Shown here piece by piece: positions 40,701 to 53,315 of a stretch of 64,000 bases of DNA. The notes under the pieces were generated by a model. That model was given only the letters and a program-made list of their open reading frames with translations. It was not told the origin of the DNA and made no database searches. Every line of letters starts with the position of its first letter. The stretch's first letter is position 1. Position numbers and translations under genes: made by a program. Source of the stretch: Marsupella aquatica (Eukaryota > Plantae > Marchantiophyta). The DNA lies in NCBI GenBank assembly GCA_973895155.1, contig OZ316891.1, positions 11,778,771-11,842,770 on the forward strand, written 5' to 3'.

Positions 40701-42971
40701 TTTTGTAATGGTACTCAATTTGATAGGTGTTGCAATAAGGATTTCATTGCATGAAAGATGTAGTTTAGTAAGTAATTATAAATTTGCACAAAAGAGATTA
40801 CAATGTATAATTAAAGTGAAACTCCATCATTCTATTTATTAAATATGAATTTTCTTTTGTTCACTTTCAGGCCCCTAAATGTTTACTTTGTTAGGGGAAA
40901 ACTTAACAGATTAATGTTTTATAAAGATTTATAATTTTAATTTTTAGTTAAATTCATTTTTTAATAGAATCATATAATTATTGCCCTTCAAGGCTTTGGC
41001 ATCTTTGAATTTGGCAGCTTTTATAGAACAAGATGTCCGAGAAAATGAGAAGTGTGACCTCACACGGAGAAGCATGTTTTTAAATTTTTTTGGCAAATTT
41101 TGGCAAAAATGATGATTTTTGTACCTAAAAAACACAATTTTGCCCATATTTCAGTTTTGTATTGCAATTGGGTTGTGGTGCAGCCTAGCTTTGAGAAATG
41201 GGAGAGACAACAATTATACAATCCTGAAATATTGTGTAGTTGAGTTCCTCCTGGACCCTTGTTCCCCCATGTCAAAACAGATAAAATTATCACTTCCAAA
41301 AAACCAAAGAAGATAGAAACTTTTTCAACAATCTTCCCAGAACCTCAAAACACTGCATCTTCCCATACCTGTAAAACTAGGCAACCAAATTGACCAACAT
41401 CCAAATCCTAATTTTGGAAAAATGCCTTTGATAAATTACATCACAGGTGCCCAAGATTTACTGCACAGTTTGACACAGTTTACATCATGTTAATTAAAAC
41501 AATATACTCACACACTACGAACCTATCCCTGGCATGGCCCAAACATTAGATTGCATCGGAAGCAAATTGGCAAGCAGCTCCCCAAACAAGAAATGAATCT
41601 CAAAGGTGATACTGGTATTGCAAAAATCCAATGTCATCAAATAAGACCGCTGAGTGAATTATCCATCAGATTTCAGAAGCAAAACCTAACATTGAATCCA
41701 AAATGCTATACATATATCATTTGTAGGAGCTCTACTTCAAAAATCTCATTTTTGAAATGACCGTCCTATTTTGTTGTCTAGTGAATCCTACACCAGTACG
41801 TAGAAATTGACCATGCGGCCAGACTTCCAAACAAGTATAAATAGCTAGGGCGGCGCAAGAAAACTTCTGCTAGTCATTTTGTTTCCAATTTTGTTTGCAA
41901 CTGTAGTTCAGACTTGCTCAATGGTCATGCGTCTTGTATTTCACTTGTTGAATGCAAAACTCCATTGACTACCTCTATAATGTCTTAGTCAGAATTTGAG
42001 GTGACGGATAGTTACACCGAGTCATCTCCTATATAACATAGGTGTTTGATGTTTGCCAATTGCTTCTACGCTCCTAGTAGGACACAATTGAGAGGTTAAA
42101 AACTACAGTTTATTGTGCCCATCGTCATCTTCAAAATGAGTTCAAACATCAATAATTTTGCACTTTTATTCATTAAGTTACAAATCACCATATTAATTAA
42201 AACTGGAATTTCTCTAGTCCAGAAGTTGACCTTCAAATTTCTTATTTTACCCCCAAAAGTTCTATAACTTGTTCCCCAAAAGCATACATTTTAGTGGCCC
42301 AATATACACTTTTTGAGGTCTAAAATTACAATCCTAATGCCCAAATTATTAATTAAATAATTCAGTTATCAATTATTAATACTTATTAATTAAAAGACAA
42401 TAAAGTGCTCTTATTATATACAATATAAACAATGAAAAATAGAATAAGACAATATAATAAATTCAAATGACCCATGATAACCAAGTTACACAAACACGAA
42501 AGGTACACCGGTGATGTATTATAAAAGTAAAAAACCTATTTTTATAGGGTCAATACCACGTCTGCCCCAATGCAGGCTCTAGATGGTTTTGACCGGTTGT
42601 TGAATGTATATCAATTACTATGTAAAAATCTATGTCAAGATTATCTCGACCCAAATGTAGGGTCCACATAATTTTGACCCGTTGTTGAATCTATATCTCT
42701 AGCTATTCCCTTTGTATAGGGTCGAGACCCAAATAACCTTTTTCTGAGAACATATCTACAAGTAAAAGAGGATCAACAGCATCTAGCCTCAAATGGATAG
42801 TACGCATAGCTTCACTCTTTTTTTGAGTAAGAATATGTATATCTACAACTCACATCATAACTGTTCAATGTAGGGTCGAGATAATCTAGACCCAAATCTC
42901 ATGCTCCTCCACCCTGCAATATGTATATCTACAACTCACATCGTAACTGTTCAATGTAGGGTCGAGATAAT

Positions 42972-44029
42972 CTAGACCCAAATCTCATGCTCCTCCACCC
43001 CGCAGAATTCATTTGAGCAAGTAAATCTAGACCCTGAGGGGTCATATTTCATATCGCGATTGCAGAAATTGAGAGGCTTTCTATTCCAGAACTTTGTGGG
43101 GAGGTCTCTACACCTCAGGACTTCCGAAACAAATCCCCGATGATTGTCTCTGTAGCGTCCTGTGTACTGATATCCAATTAATGTCTTTGCAAGGTCGTTG
43201 ATCGCCTCCTCCATCAATTCCTCCATTGGTGGTAATTGTTGCACTTCATTCTTGACATCCCAAGGAATTTTGTCCGCTGTGACATCCAAGACTGTATGGA
43301 TAACCGAATGAACCCATACCATACTACCCCACCGCTCCGTCAACAATGCATAAATGGCAGCTTGTTGATCTCTGTCCGCTAAAACATTTATCATAGACCA
43401 CTTTGGATGATTGATAAAAAGGTAGTGCTGAAGATTGAAGGCATGATACAATTTCCTGAGCAAAGGCCACAGTATTTTTGGAAAGAATGTATCATCCGTG
43501 GAGTGAAGCGAAAATGAGGAAGGAAACAACCCACAATTCTCTGGATTTGCAAATGCCTTCATTGGAGTGTCATCAAGAAGGAGTGTATTAGTTTCGTCGT
43601 ATAATCCACCATAATGTTTCCAAACAACCCTCAAATCCTTCAAATGAATATTTGCCTTCCCATCGGTAATGTCAGGCCTCTGGATTCCAGTATCGAATAT
43701 ATCTTCTTGTGTGAGAATAAACTTGAATTGCTCTCGCTCTTCTTGACTGAAGATCAAATGAATCATTTCATCCGTCCTGGGTTTCCTTGCACAAGTCCAA
43801 ATGGCAACATCAAATAACGAAAAAGCTGCGATTAAGAACTCGTGAAGATGGGGTCGCTCAACATACATAAAGTTAAACCCTCCACGTCTCCCCCAGTGGA
43901 CACCCTTGACACTTGTCGCACTATGGCGCGGTCCGGAACTTGGCATTTTGACAGAATCCCAACACATTTTGTTGAGGTCAAGAATCAATAGCTTCCGTCT
44001 GATTGGACCGTGAAGTGGAGGCAAGGGTC
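42972..44029 (-). CDS. FCP1/NIF-like HAD phosphatase-domain terminal exon of the element A gene
   Basis: RKLLILDLNK, ERPHLHEFL, FDVAIWT, LKDLRVVW, NTLLLDDTPMKA. The computed ORF starts at TTG, and the domain is preceded by a splice acceptor (TTCTTTGCAG) at 44030. Confidence 0.8.
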
Positions 44030-44416
44030 CTGCAAAGAAGGAACACCAATGTTAGAATTGTAGGAGATAAAATAGAGGAATGCTTGAGATGATCTCAAGC
44101 ATCATAAGTGAATGAACAACAGTCAACATCATACCTATTGTTGGTTGAAGGTCAGTAGTTGAAGAAATCTCAGGACATCTTCAGAGATTATTGTCGACGC
44201 ACTCCACAACTGGTAAGGGCCCGCCTATTTTTGTGAAGGTAGACATAATAATTTAGACGGCTGAATTTCATGACTGTTCAAACTAACTTGGGTTTCAACC
44301 TCACGTGCTGAAAGACCCAAATTCATCTAGAAAGTTATCTCCTAGTTGGTTTTGGATGTCCAAATTTATCCCTCCGGGAAAGGTCTCAACAAGAGCTGGC
44401 TCAGACCAAACTGGCA

Positions 44417-47400
44417 CTAATTTGAACTTAAATCCTTCCTATACTTTCTAGATCGAATAATCTTCTCAGACTGCTCTGTACTGACTTGTTGACCTTTTGA
44501 CGATCCATTAGTCCAGACATAATGAGTAGCACTTGCTTTGAGTGATTTGTAACCAGTTCTACCAATTTCAGTTTCCGATTTCCTAACAAAAGGGAGAATT
44601 ACAGGGCTTCCAGTAGAAGAATTTGTGAAAACAAGCTTATTCTCTGAAGCGCAAAACATTTGGTCCAAGGGAGAGGACGATGCATCTGCCTCGTCCTGAG
44701 GGGGAGTATGGCAGCGACTAGCTTTCTTAGTAGAGAGAATCTCATCCAGTTGAGGAGGGCTTGGAATTGGTTGGCTAACTACATCCTGCAAGGTGGATTC
44801 CCAGCCAACATCCAAGGTTGAAGACTGTTGTTCACGTTGTGCGTCTCCAAGGCCACCCGATGAAGGAACACCTGGAAGGTCGAGATCATCTCGAGCATCA
44901 TTTCCAAATTCAGGCAGTATTTCACCCTCCTCTTCCATGTAGCTTGGGATTTTTGGGCCCTCCGTTTTGTGATGCTCTAAATTCTCCGCAAATACTTCCT
45001 CAAAAACACTGGTTTCCACCGGAGCTATGTCTGAGGCCGCCTCTTCTATAAGAATGAGGGGACCGGCAGTAATTTCCTGAGATGCTAACAACTCTTTGGG
45101 TGGCACATATAAAACCTGCTTGTTGTCATGGAGGAGCTGAGCAAAGGCTTCTGTGAATTCCATCTCTTGAGCTGTGTTCGAATACACAAAACAATCCCGA
45201 CCAAGAATGACACAAGCTTTCAATGTCTGTCCTCCATAGAAGAAATCCAACACTGTGTGACCTGGGCAGGAGAAATAATCAACAAGACGCTTTGTCATTT
45301 GCAAAGGCTTTGCTCTCGGATTTACAAAGCCACCCCGCCGACCGACCATCTCATAAGATGGGGCCATCTTCTCCAAAACTTTGACATCACCAGTAGATTC
45401 ATCGAGCTTATCTTTCCCCTTTGATTGGTCTTTGTTGTTCCCAGTAGGGGCCTTCAAAGGCAAGACTGTGAAGTCTTTGTCCCACTTCTCACTGTAGTTC
45501 CAAAACGCATAAAAGTCATCAAAGAAAATTTGGGACCAGTCTGGTTCCTCTTCACAACAAATTCCCCCAAAGATGATTGAGTCTCGGGCTCCAATGAGAA
45601 AATCTCCCTCCTCCTTGGGCAGCTGATCATGGTAGTAGCTCCCGTACTCCAGCTTTGTGTGGACTTTCTTCTCACGACGAATATTTTCAAAGGCACTCTG
45701 AATCTGGCCTATCAATGGGCCTTGACGGACAAAAAAGATTACCAAGATCTCCGTGAGTCGAGTTTGCCATCTGCAAACAATACTCCAGCAAGACAAAAAA
45801 ATTGGCATCTGTCCATTGCCATTGTCGAAGATGACCAAAATCAACAATGGAAAGTGGGCACGTCCTTTGCACCGAGTCAACAATCTCAGGCTTCATTGTC
45901 CTCATCAAATTATCGCTAAAAAATGTGCGATAAGGAGTATCCTCCATTGAAGGCATCCCGCCAAATACCTTGCAATATATCTGCACAAGCCTAACAATGA
46001 GACTTTGCGGAAATGGGTTTTTTGGCCTATTCTTTTTAGGAGGTTGGAAATCCAAACCTCTCCAGCAAGTTGTCTAAGTTTGGGCAACTCACCACGATCC
46101 ATAAATGCAGGCAAATATTGAGTTAGCTCAAACCAAGTGAGTGAATTGGCAAACCCATCCGGATACTTCAAGACGAAGTACTCCACAATTTTTGCCCTCA
46201 GCTTGGTCATGACTTTGAAAGTATGAGCCATATCACTCATTGATTGAACATCAGATTTGTTGGCTGGGTCTTTCTTCAATAAAACCTTCTGATGTTAAAC
46301 GGCACTAAAAACTTTCAGAATGTCGTCACTACTCAGGTCTCCTTCAAAGCATCTAAACAATGCCGGCGTAATTATTTTTGTTGTCTGGGATTTCCCGTTT
46401 ATTTTTGAACCTAACTCCCCTAGACCATCTGGAAGAAGTCCCTTGACCCAATTGATGCACATTTGTCTCCAAGTCAGACTGGAAGAGGTTCTCTTCCAAA
46501 AAAAGCAACCAAAAAATATTCATCATATCGGATTTTCCAGTCGTTATTTTGGCCAAGGCCATAAAATCCTGATCCAAACAGTACAAAGAAAATCTGAGGC
46601 TCGAGACGATCTCGAGGTAGAATTAAGGAACTATGTTGAAATTTATCGGAGAATACATGAAGATAAATCAAATATATAAACTTGACCTTGAGGCTCGAGA
46701 AAATCTCGAGCTAGAAGTGGATTTGAGTTCGAATATACCTGGAACTTTTGATGATCCGTTAGTCTATTGGACCCAATCACGGGTCTCTCCGGACGGCCAC
46801 ACTCGTCAAACTGTCGATTGGCATGGACCATAGTATCAAGAAAATAGGACTCATACTCCATGGCCTTATTAACAGCATTTGCCCTTTGTGAGTGTTGAGC
46901 AAGTATTGTTCTTGGAGTTTTGTCCGAAAGAATTTGTGACTTTCAATATTGCAGACTCTTCGCAACCTCCTTCAACTTTGCATCGCTCTTAGCCCAACTT
47001 ATGATCCAAACAGCTGCCTTTGCCGAGTGTTGTCCACTAATTGCAAGGAACTGCACCTTCTTATTCTTAACACCCCACTCAAACTCTTTTTGATCCTCAG
47101 GAGTATTCTCATAATGGAGCAACTGCGAACTCTCTCTTGAATATGGAATTAAATCCGCCACAACTGGTACCATTCCAGGGTTTCTAACCATGGATTTCGC
47201 GACCTCCATGGCATGGTCTTTATTGAACATCCTATATACCAATACTATAGAAGGCGAATCTATACTAGTGACAGGAATGTCAAAAGTTTCATTCATGCCA
47301 AATGTGTAATACTCCTCAATCTCCTTAAGAACTTCGGCTCCTTCTTTAACGCTCTTTTCTCCCGGAGCATCTCCTGGAGTGCCATCATCATCGGTATGTG

Positions 47401-49393
47401 CAATCACACCCGAGGAAGATGCCGGAATGAGATCTATCTTGGGCGGTACGGAATTTTTTGGTGGATGAGCCTTCTTCCCTTTGCTTTCGGGTTTGTCAAC
47501 CCTCTTCCTCTTTTGAGACACCTTTGCTTCCTTTTTGTCCAAACCAGAGGTCTTGTCTCCTGCAGCTACGGATTTCACTTTACCTGTCTGTCTCCGATGA
47601 GACAACACCCACTTTTTACAAGCATCCTCGTCAAATTCTCCGGCTCCAAACACAAAATCAGGGGATATGGATTCAAACTCCCCCAATTTTGATTCCAACA
47701 TTAGTCTCAAAACCTTCCACGTGAAAGGAGTCATGAATGCATCATCACGATCAAACCCATACTTTCGACAATAAAGGAATCCAAAAATTATGTCGGCTCC
47801 AGATATAGGACTATCTTCAAGCAAATTACTTGTAGTAAAACCCTCGGGGAAGAACCCCATTGATATCACGCTCAGTTGTTTCCTCGCTGCACGTTCAATG
47901 TTAAGATCGCAAGAGTAGTTTTGGGCGTGAAGTCTAATTAAAGCCCACTTTCCTGTCTCATGGTTCTCCACCGTCAAAACCATGTCCTTACCGTTACTCA
48001 TCACAATAGAAACAACAGGCCCTAGTAGGCTACACACCAGAGGATCGACTGATGGAGACCTCGTCTTCACACAAATAATAGTTCCTTCCATGTCTTCAGT
48101 TTCAGCAAGCTCAATGGCCCAACAGAATCCAAATTGACCTTGTCCAGGGCAGGAAACCTCAATTGCATGTTCATCTTCGACTACCAAATTAGGCGATCCC
48201 AATTTTGCACCTGGTATAGCCAAAATGGTGCAATTGTCATAAACATGTACCACAAAACCAAGAAACAAATAGGAAGCTCGAGATGATCTTGATCTTCCTT
48301 CATTATTAGGACAGCTGAGTCGACAGTTTTATGCACTGTAGTCTGACATGTTCCAATGCCACATCTCATCCGGGGAATTTAAAAAGAGATTTCAACCCCA
48401 AGAAATCTAAAAAGAGAACACAACAGTCAGGAACTACAAGAGGCTCGAGATGATCTCGAGCCACCATCTGTTTAAAAGAAAAATACAAGGGCTTGAGATG
48501 ATCTCGATCCTCAGATATATCAGTTGAGGTTTTATTCCATTGCATATCATAAATCAGTCAAAAATAATCCAATGTCACCTATTCGACCACATTCAAAACC
48601 CTCTAACTCAGTGGTTTGTCATCTTCACAAACGAGTTGGAGGACTAAGAAAGTGGTCCAAAAGGCAATGTTGGATCACATTGGATAGGATATTAGTAATT
48701 GAAGTAGACGACATGGAGTCCTTCCAACTGGAAGAAATCGGTCAAGGAATATGAATGAACATAATGGAAGATGGTGATGAATATATTTGGCTCAAGACGA
48801 TCTTGAGCCTAACATCTCAAATGAGTGATCCGAATATCATATTCAACAATGAACATCATATTCAATCAATGATTAAAATCCACTTTCTCCACTGACTTCT
48901 CATACCCACAAACCCGTTTGGATGTCAATAATCAGAACGAGTTGGAGGGTAGAGAAGTCCCTGGAGGAAGGAAAATTTAGATATTTTGGATATGATGTTC
49001 ACTTTTGAATTATAAGAGCTTGAAGAAATCTGACTAGGTAACATGCAGGAAATGCATATTGGCTCGAGATGATCTCGAGCCTCATGCCACTTACATCAAA
49101 TGCAAAATCAATTGATATCACAAACTTTTGAAGCAAAGTAATGTAGAAAACATCAATGGGCTTGAGATGATCTCAAGCCTCAACTGCATCCAAGGAATCC
49201 AGAAACAAGTGGACCAATTGAAGCTCGAGATGATCTCGAGTTAAACCTGAACAATGAACAAAGATGATGAATTATGTTTAATGGTGCGATGGATCTGATG
49301 TGCTGAGTCTAGATGGGTCTGAAGCTCATCCCCAACGGTTGCAAGGTTGTACTCAGCGAAGTCCTCCTTGGAGAAATCTACAACAGTCGACAT
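44417..49393 (-). pseudogene. Element A gene: unknown N-terminal domain + ParB/Srx-like domain + degenerate beta-class N6/N4 DNA methyltransferase; intron-containing, with stops and frameshifts
   Basis: ParB-like: FDIPVTSID...YRMFNKDHAMEVAKSM...FLAISGQHSAKA. MTase C-half: VNPRAKPLQMTKRLVDYFSCPGHTVLDFFYGG...ACVILGRDC. In-frame TGA at 46943-46945; intron 46569-46738; putative first exon 49393-49247. Confidence 0.7.
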
Positions 49394-50755
49394 GGTTGGT
49401 GAAGAGAGGAACGTACTACGGGCTGAGAACTTAAAAACAAATCTCGAGCCTAAACAAAAAATCTTGACCCTATCAAATCTTGAGCCTAAACACAAAATCT
49501 TGACCCTATAAAATCTCGAGGAAAAAAAATAATCTTGACCCTCTAATATCTCAAGGCTAATACAAGGATCTCGAGGCAAGAGCGCAAAAAATCTAGAGGC
49601 AAGGAGACAAGGGACGCGAGGAGGCGAGGAGGCGAATGTGAAAATGGGGAGTTCAAACCCCTGAAGCCACTATAAGCCCCTCGGGGGTCGGCCTTGAGGG
49701 CCGTGCCAAGCGTGCCACGGGCTCGTGCAGGCTCAAGTAGGCTGCCACGCAACCTATTGGGTGCGTACAGTCATTATTACGGTCACACGTGTTGTCATTA
49801 TTGTTATCCGTACTTCAGCTCTGCCGCGAGTTTAGCCGTGCCACAAGTTTAACCAAACTGTTTGATTGGCCTTTTTGTCAGTCAGGATTTTATATATTGC
49901 TTCTCTTTGCTCTCCAGCGGGTCATTCTTCTCATTTTGTTTCACTGCTTGCTCGTTGCTCCCTTTGCCTCTCTCTGCTCTCTCTCCGTCTCCCTCTCCCT
50001 CTCTCTGGCTCTAGATTTCTGCTCTGATCTCTTTCTATCATTATTTTTAAGGGTTGTGGACTCTGCGTTTGTGTTTAGGATATGTCGAGACATTATCATT
50101 TTAAGCTCTGAAGGAGGTCTAAAATAATTGAGCTCCTATCTTTTAGAAAACCAAACCTTTTCAGCTTATACTAATGTCGGTCAAAATCCATTTGGAAGCC
50201 TTTTCCCTCTATTTGATGGCCTTTTAGAAGCTATTTCTCAGTAAACTGGGAACCTACTTTCTTAATTGCACCAAATCATACCTCTAGATCATCTAGAGCC
50301 ATTTATATGTTCTTATTTTGGGTGGCTTATTATTCATAATAGTATCTTTGTCAAATACAATTTCCTTTTTGGCTCGAGATCATCTCGAGTCATAAGTTTG
50401 ATCCTCAAAATTATTAACTTTTGCCTTCTATCTAATCGTGCATTCGGTTGTCCTTCTTCTAATTGGGTTTGTAGATAGTCGGAGGTATAGAATCTGAATT
50501 CGCTATTTAGTGAGATTTCATATTCTACCTCGAGATCATCTCGAGCTAAATACTTCTGAATTTTTACATATTGGTGTTTTTGGTCCCTCTTCTACCCCGA
50601 GATCGTCTCAAGGTAGAAGAGTTTCTTATTTTCTCTATCACACAGTTTTGTGGGATAAACTTCTACACTTGGGTTTTTTGGTTTGTTTTTGTAGTCACTT
50701 TACTTCGAGATCATCTTGAGGTAACTACATCCAACGGTTTGGACCACGTTTTCAA

Positions 50756-51595
50756 AATGGGGATTTTCTTTTGAGGGGACGAGGTTTGCCTTGTAATCGA
50801 CGGAGTGGAAGTTGCTTGCGGGACCGTCCTCAACGTTGACCCGGGTGACTCAGTGCGTAATGTTGATTTGGGAAGTAATCGTATTGGAGTTCTCATTGAG
50901 AAGTGCTATGAGGGATCACGGGAAATTCCTTACCCTTTGCCGCCAATCAGGACCCTATTTGATGTTGTCGACTCCTGCATTATTTGGGATGCCTCTTTTG
51001 CATATTTGAAGTCACAGTCAACTCCAACGACAACACAAATGGATGCCTCTTGTTCTACAAAGGATACGGTTCCCGGTTTTGTACCAGACAAATCTTCGGT
51101 GGGAAGTTTGGGAGACTCGATTATATTTGGCGATGAAGTCGAGCTTTGGATCGGCAATCAGATTGTGGCTCGTGGATTTGTATTCAAGACAAATCCCGAT
51201 GAGACCTATCACAATGAAAGACTTGGCACTTCTAGGATTAGTGTGAAAATATGTGAAGTTTTTCAAGGAAGGGAGAGGTTACCCTTTCCTCATGCTAGAG
51301 CCAATACCGTTAAGGAAGCATTGGACACTTTTGTATTCTAGAATTTAAACGATGTTACTCGAAGGAGTTCTTCCCAGGATATACTAAACGACCTGTCCAC
51401 ACGGGATGTTTTTGGAAATTATAATTTCAAGGATTATAGTTTGCAATCTAATTGGATGACCGAGGAGGTGGAATTGTATGCTAAGGATAATCAGACCAAA
51501 GTGGGGGTTGGCATCATCATAGTTCCTTTCGAGTTAGGTGCAATTGATGATGAGGTTCTTGGGCCAAATCACATTGGGGTTGCGGTCACACGCGT
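50756..51595 (+). pseudogene. En/Spm (CACTA) TnpA/Tnp1-like protein with three tandem domains, interrupted by an LTR retrotransposon
   Basis: Repeated pattern VAxGxV...P...LG....V.I...(I/L)P(Y/F)P....T(L/V).(D/E)....W, seen as VACGTVLNVDP..LGSNRIGV..IPYP..TLFDVVDSCIIW, VARGFVFKTNP..LGTSRISV..LPFP..TVKEAL and VGVGIII..LGPNHIGV. This resembles the Tnp1/En/Spm-like (Transposase_23) domain. Confidence 0.65.
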
Positions 51596-51679
51596 TGTCG
51601 TGGGGATTCTTTGTTTAGTAAGTTCCTTCTAAGTATAGCTTAGTAGTATAGGATAGTAGTTTGAATTCTTGCATTATAT

Positions 51680-52100
51680 GCAGTCTATAGTGTACACGCT
51701 ATAGTGCACAACCTACAATATGCATGCTACAGTGTACGATCTATAGTATGCATGCTACAGTGTAAAATCAACAGTATGCATACTACAGTGTACGATCTAC
51801 AGTATGCATGCTATAGTGTGCATGCTACAGTGTACATCTACAGTCTGCATGCTATAGTGTACAATCTACAGTGTGCATGCTACAGTGTACAATCTACAGT
51901 GTGCATGTTACAGTGTATGATCTACAGTCTGCATGCTACAGTGTACGATCTACAGTGTGCATGCTACAATGTACGGTCTACAGTGTGCATGCTACAGTGT
52001 AAGATCTATAATGTGCATGCTAAGTGTACGATCTACAATATGCATGCTACAGTGTACGATCTACAGTGTGCATACTACAGTGTACTGCCTACAATTGCTC
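51680..52100. repeat. 28-nt (2x14-nt) tandem array inside the putative LTR
   Basis: CTACAGTGTGCATG-CTACAGTGTACGAT repeated about 14 times with decay. Confidence 0.85.
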
Positions 52101-53220
52101 CACTTACGTAACTACAGTACTAGCACACTTACTTGCCTTGGATATGTGACACATGGCTTCCATCCGTGTGCCATGCTTGATCCGTGTGCTTGAGGTGTAA
52201 GCACTATAAATAAAGTGGAGAGGGGTTCTCTCCCCTCACTCCCTATTTTTCATCAACTGAGTTGTGAAGCCTTAAGAATCCATTGGACTTGATGACCTCT
52301 TCTATGAATATAACCTTTATGAAGTAGACCCACTCATACACGCTTGCTTAGAGCTTCGGCTCGGCCAGAGATATTTTGTATGAGTTGGACCTTCAAGTGT
52401 TATCATTTGATAGGAGATGGTTATTAAGTCCTAAAGAGATGCAAAGTGCTCAACAATACCTCCTTTTGGGTGAAACCCTTATGAAGTAGACCTACGCATG
52501 CACGCTGGCTTGGAGCTTAGCTCAGTCAGTGGTAATTTGTACACGTTGGACCTTCAGATAGTGTTTTCATTCAAAAGAAGATAAACTTATTAAGATGAAC
52601 ATTTGCATGTATATACTTAGAGTTAACTCAATGCATAGTATTTGTTTGAAATAAATAATCTTTTCATTGAATGATTCTATATCTTGTCATTATAATGAAT
52701 ATTAGTTGGATGGAATATTTGATAGTATGATAATGCCCAGACCAGTACCTGTTCTTCCTCTCCCTAATCTTTTCCTTATTAGAATTCATGTACTCCAAAA
52801 AGAGATCATGCGTCAGCATATGACTTTTCACTTTGGAGAAGCATTTACAATTGCGGTGTTAAATTTAATAGAGCCGATTGTATATCCTTATGTAGTTTAT
52901 GGGCAAGATTGGGCTTGCACAATTTTTATCTTGTATTGAGATGGATCTCAACAAACCTCCCTCCGATGAACCTTCCGTTTCTTTCTCGTTAGGAGATATT
53001 TGTTTTGTAACTCAACCCAAGGTAGCTGCCAAGGAGGCAATAGTCCGTAGGTATGAAGAAAAGGGTTATGATGTTGTGCTTTCATCCATAAAACCATTCA
53101 TTGTGGTGTCTGCTACCCAGTCTAGAATAGTAATCATGATCTTAACTTAAGTTCTCTCTTGACACTAGCAGCCATAGGCCCGGTGCTTCCTCAAGAACCA
53201 CATTTTTTCCCCAGACATGT

Positions 53221-53237
53221 TGGCGACCATACTGGGG
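53221..53237 (+). other. Primer-binding site, tRNA-Arg-like
   Basis: TGGCGACCATACTGGGG lies 3 nt after the LTR-terminal CA and resembles the Tat/Ogre PBS TGGCGACTCTGCTGGGGA. Confidence 0.65.
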
Positions 53238-53315
53238 AAACTTGAGGCTAGTGTCAAAGATAAAAGGATATTGATGAGAGAAGAAGCTTGATAGAAAATA
53301 GAAGCAAAGGAGAAG

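Larger units (their letters stand above)
42634..50721. repeat. Dispersed palindrome family A: GG(C/G)TCGAGAT-N-ATCTCGA(G/C)CC, about 19 copies plus a half-site array at 49441-49576
   Basis: Copies start near 42634, 42873, 42959, 44082, 44879, 46598, 46692, 48276, 48442, 48490, 48789, 49061, 49159, 49223, 50281, 50371, 50528, 50596 and 50703; perfect 21-mers at 48442 and 49061. Confidence 0.9.

Noticed and set aside
48276-49241. Palindromic repeats with unique spacers as a CRISPR array
   Set aside because: Spacing is irregular (about 45-300 bp), there are no cas genes, and the context is eukaryotic and intron-containing.
51704-52193. Cys/Tyr-rich ORFs
   Set aside because: Artefacts of the 14/28-nt tandem array in the LTR.
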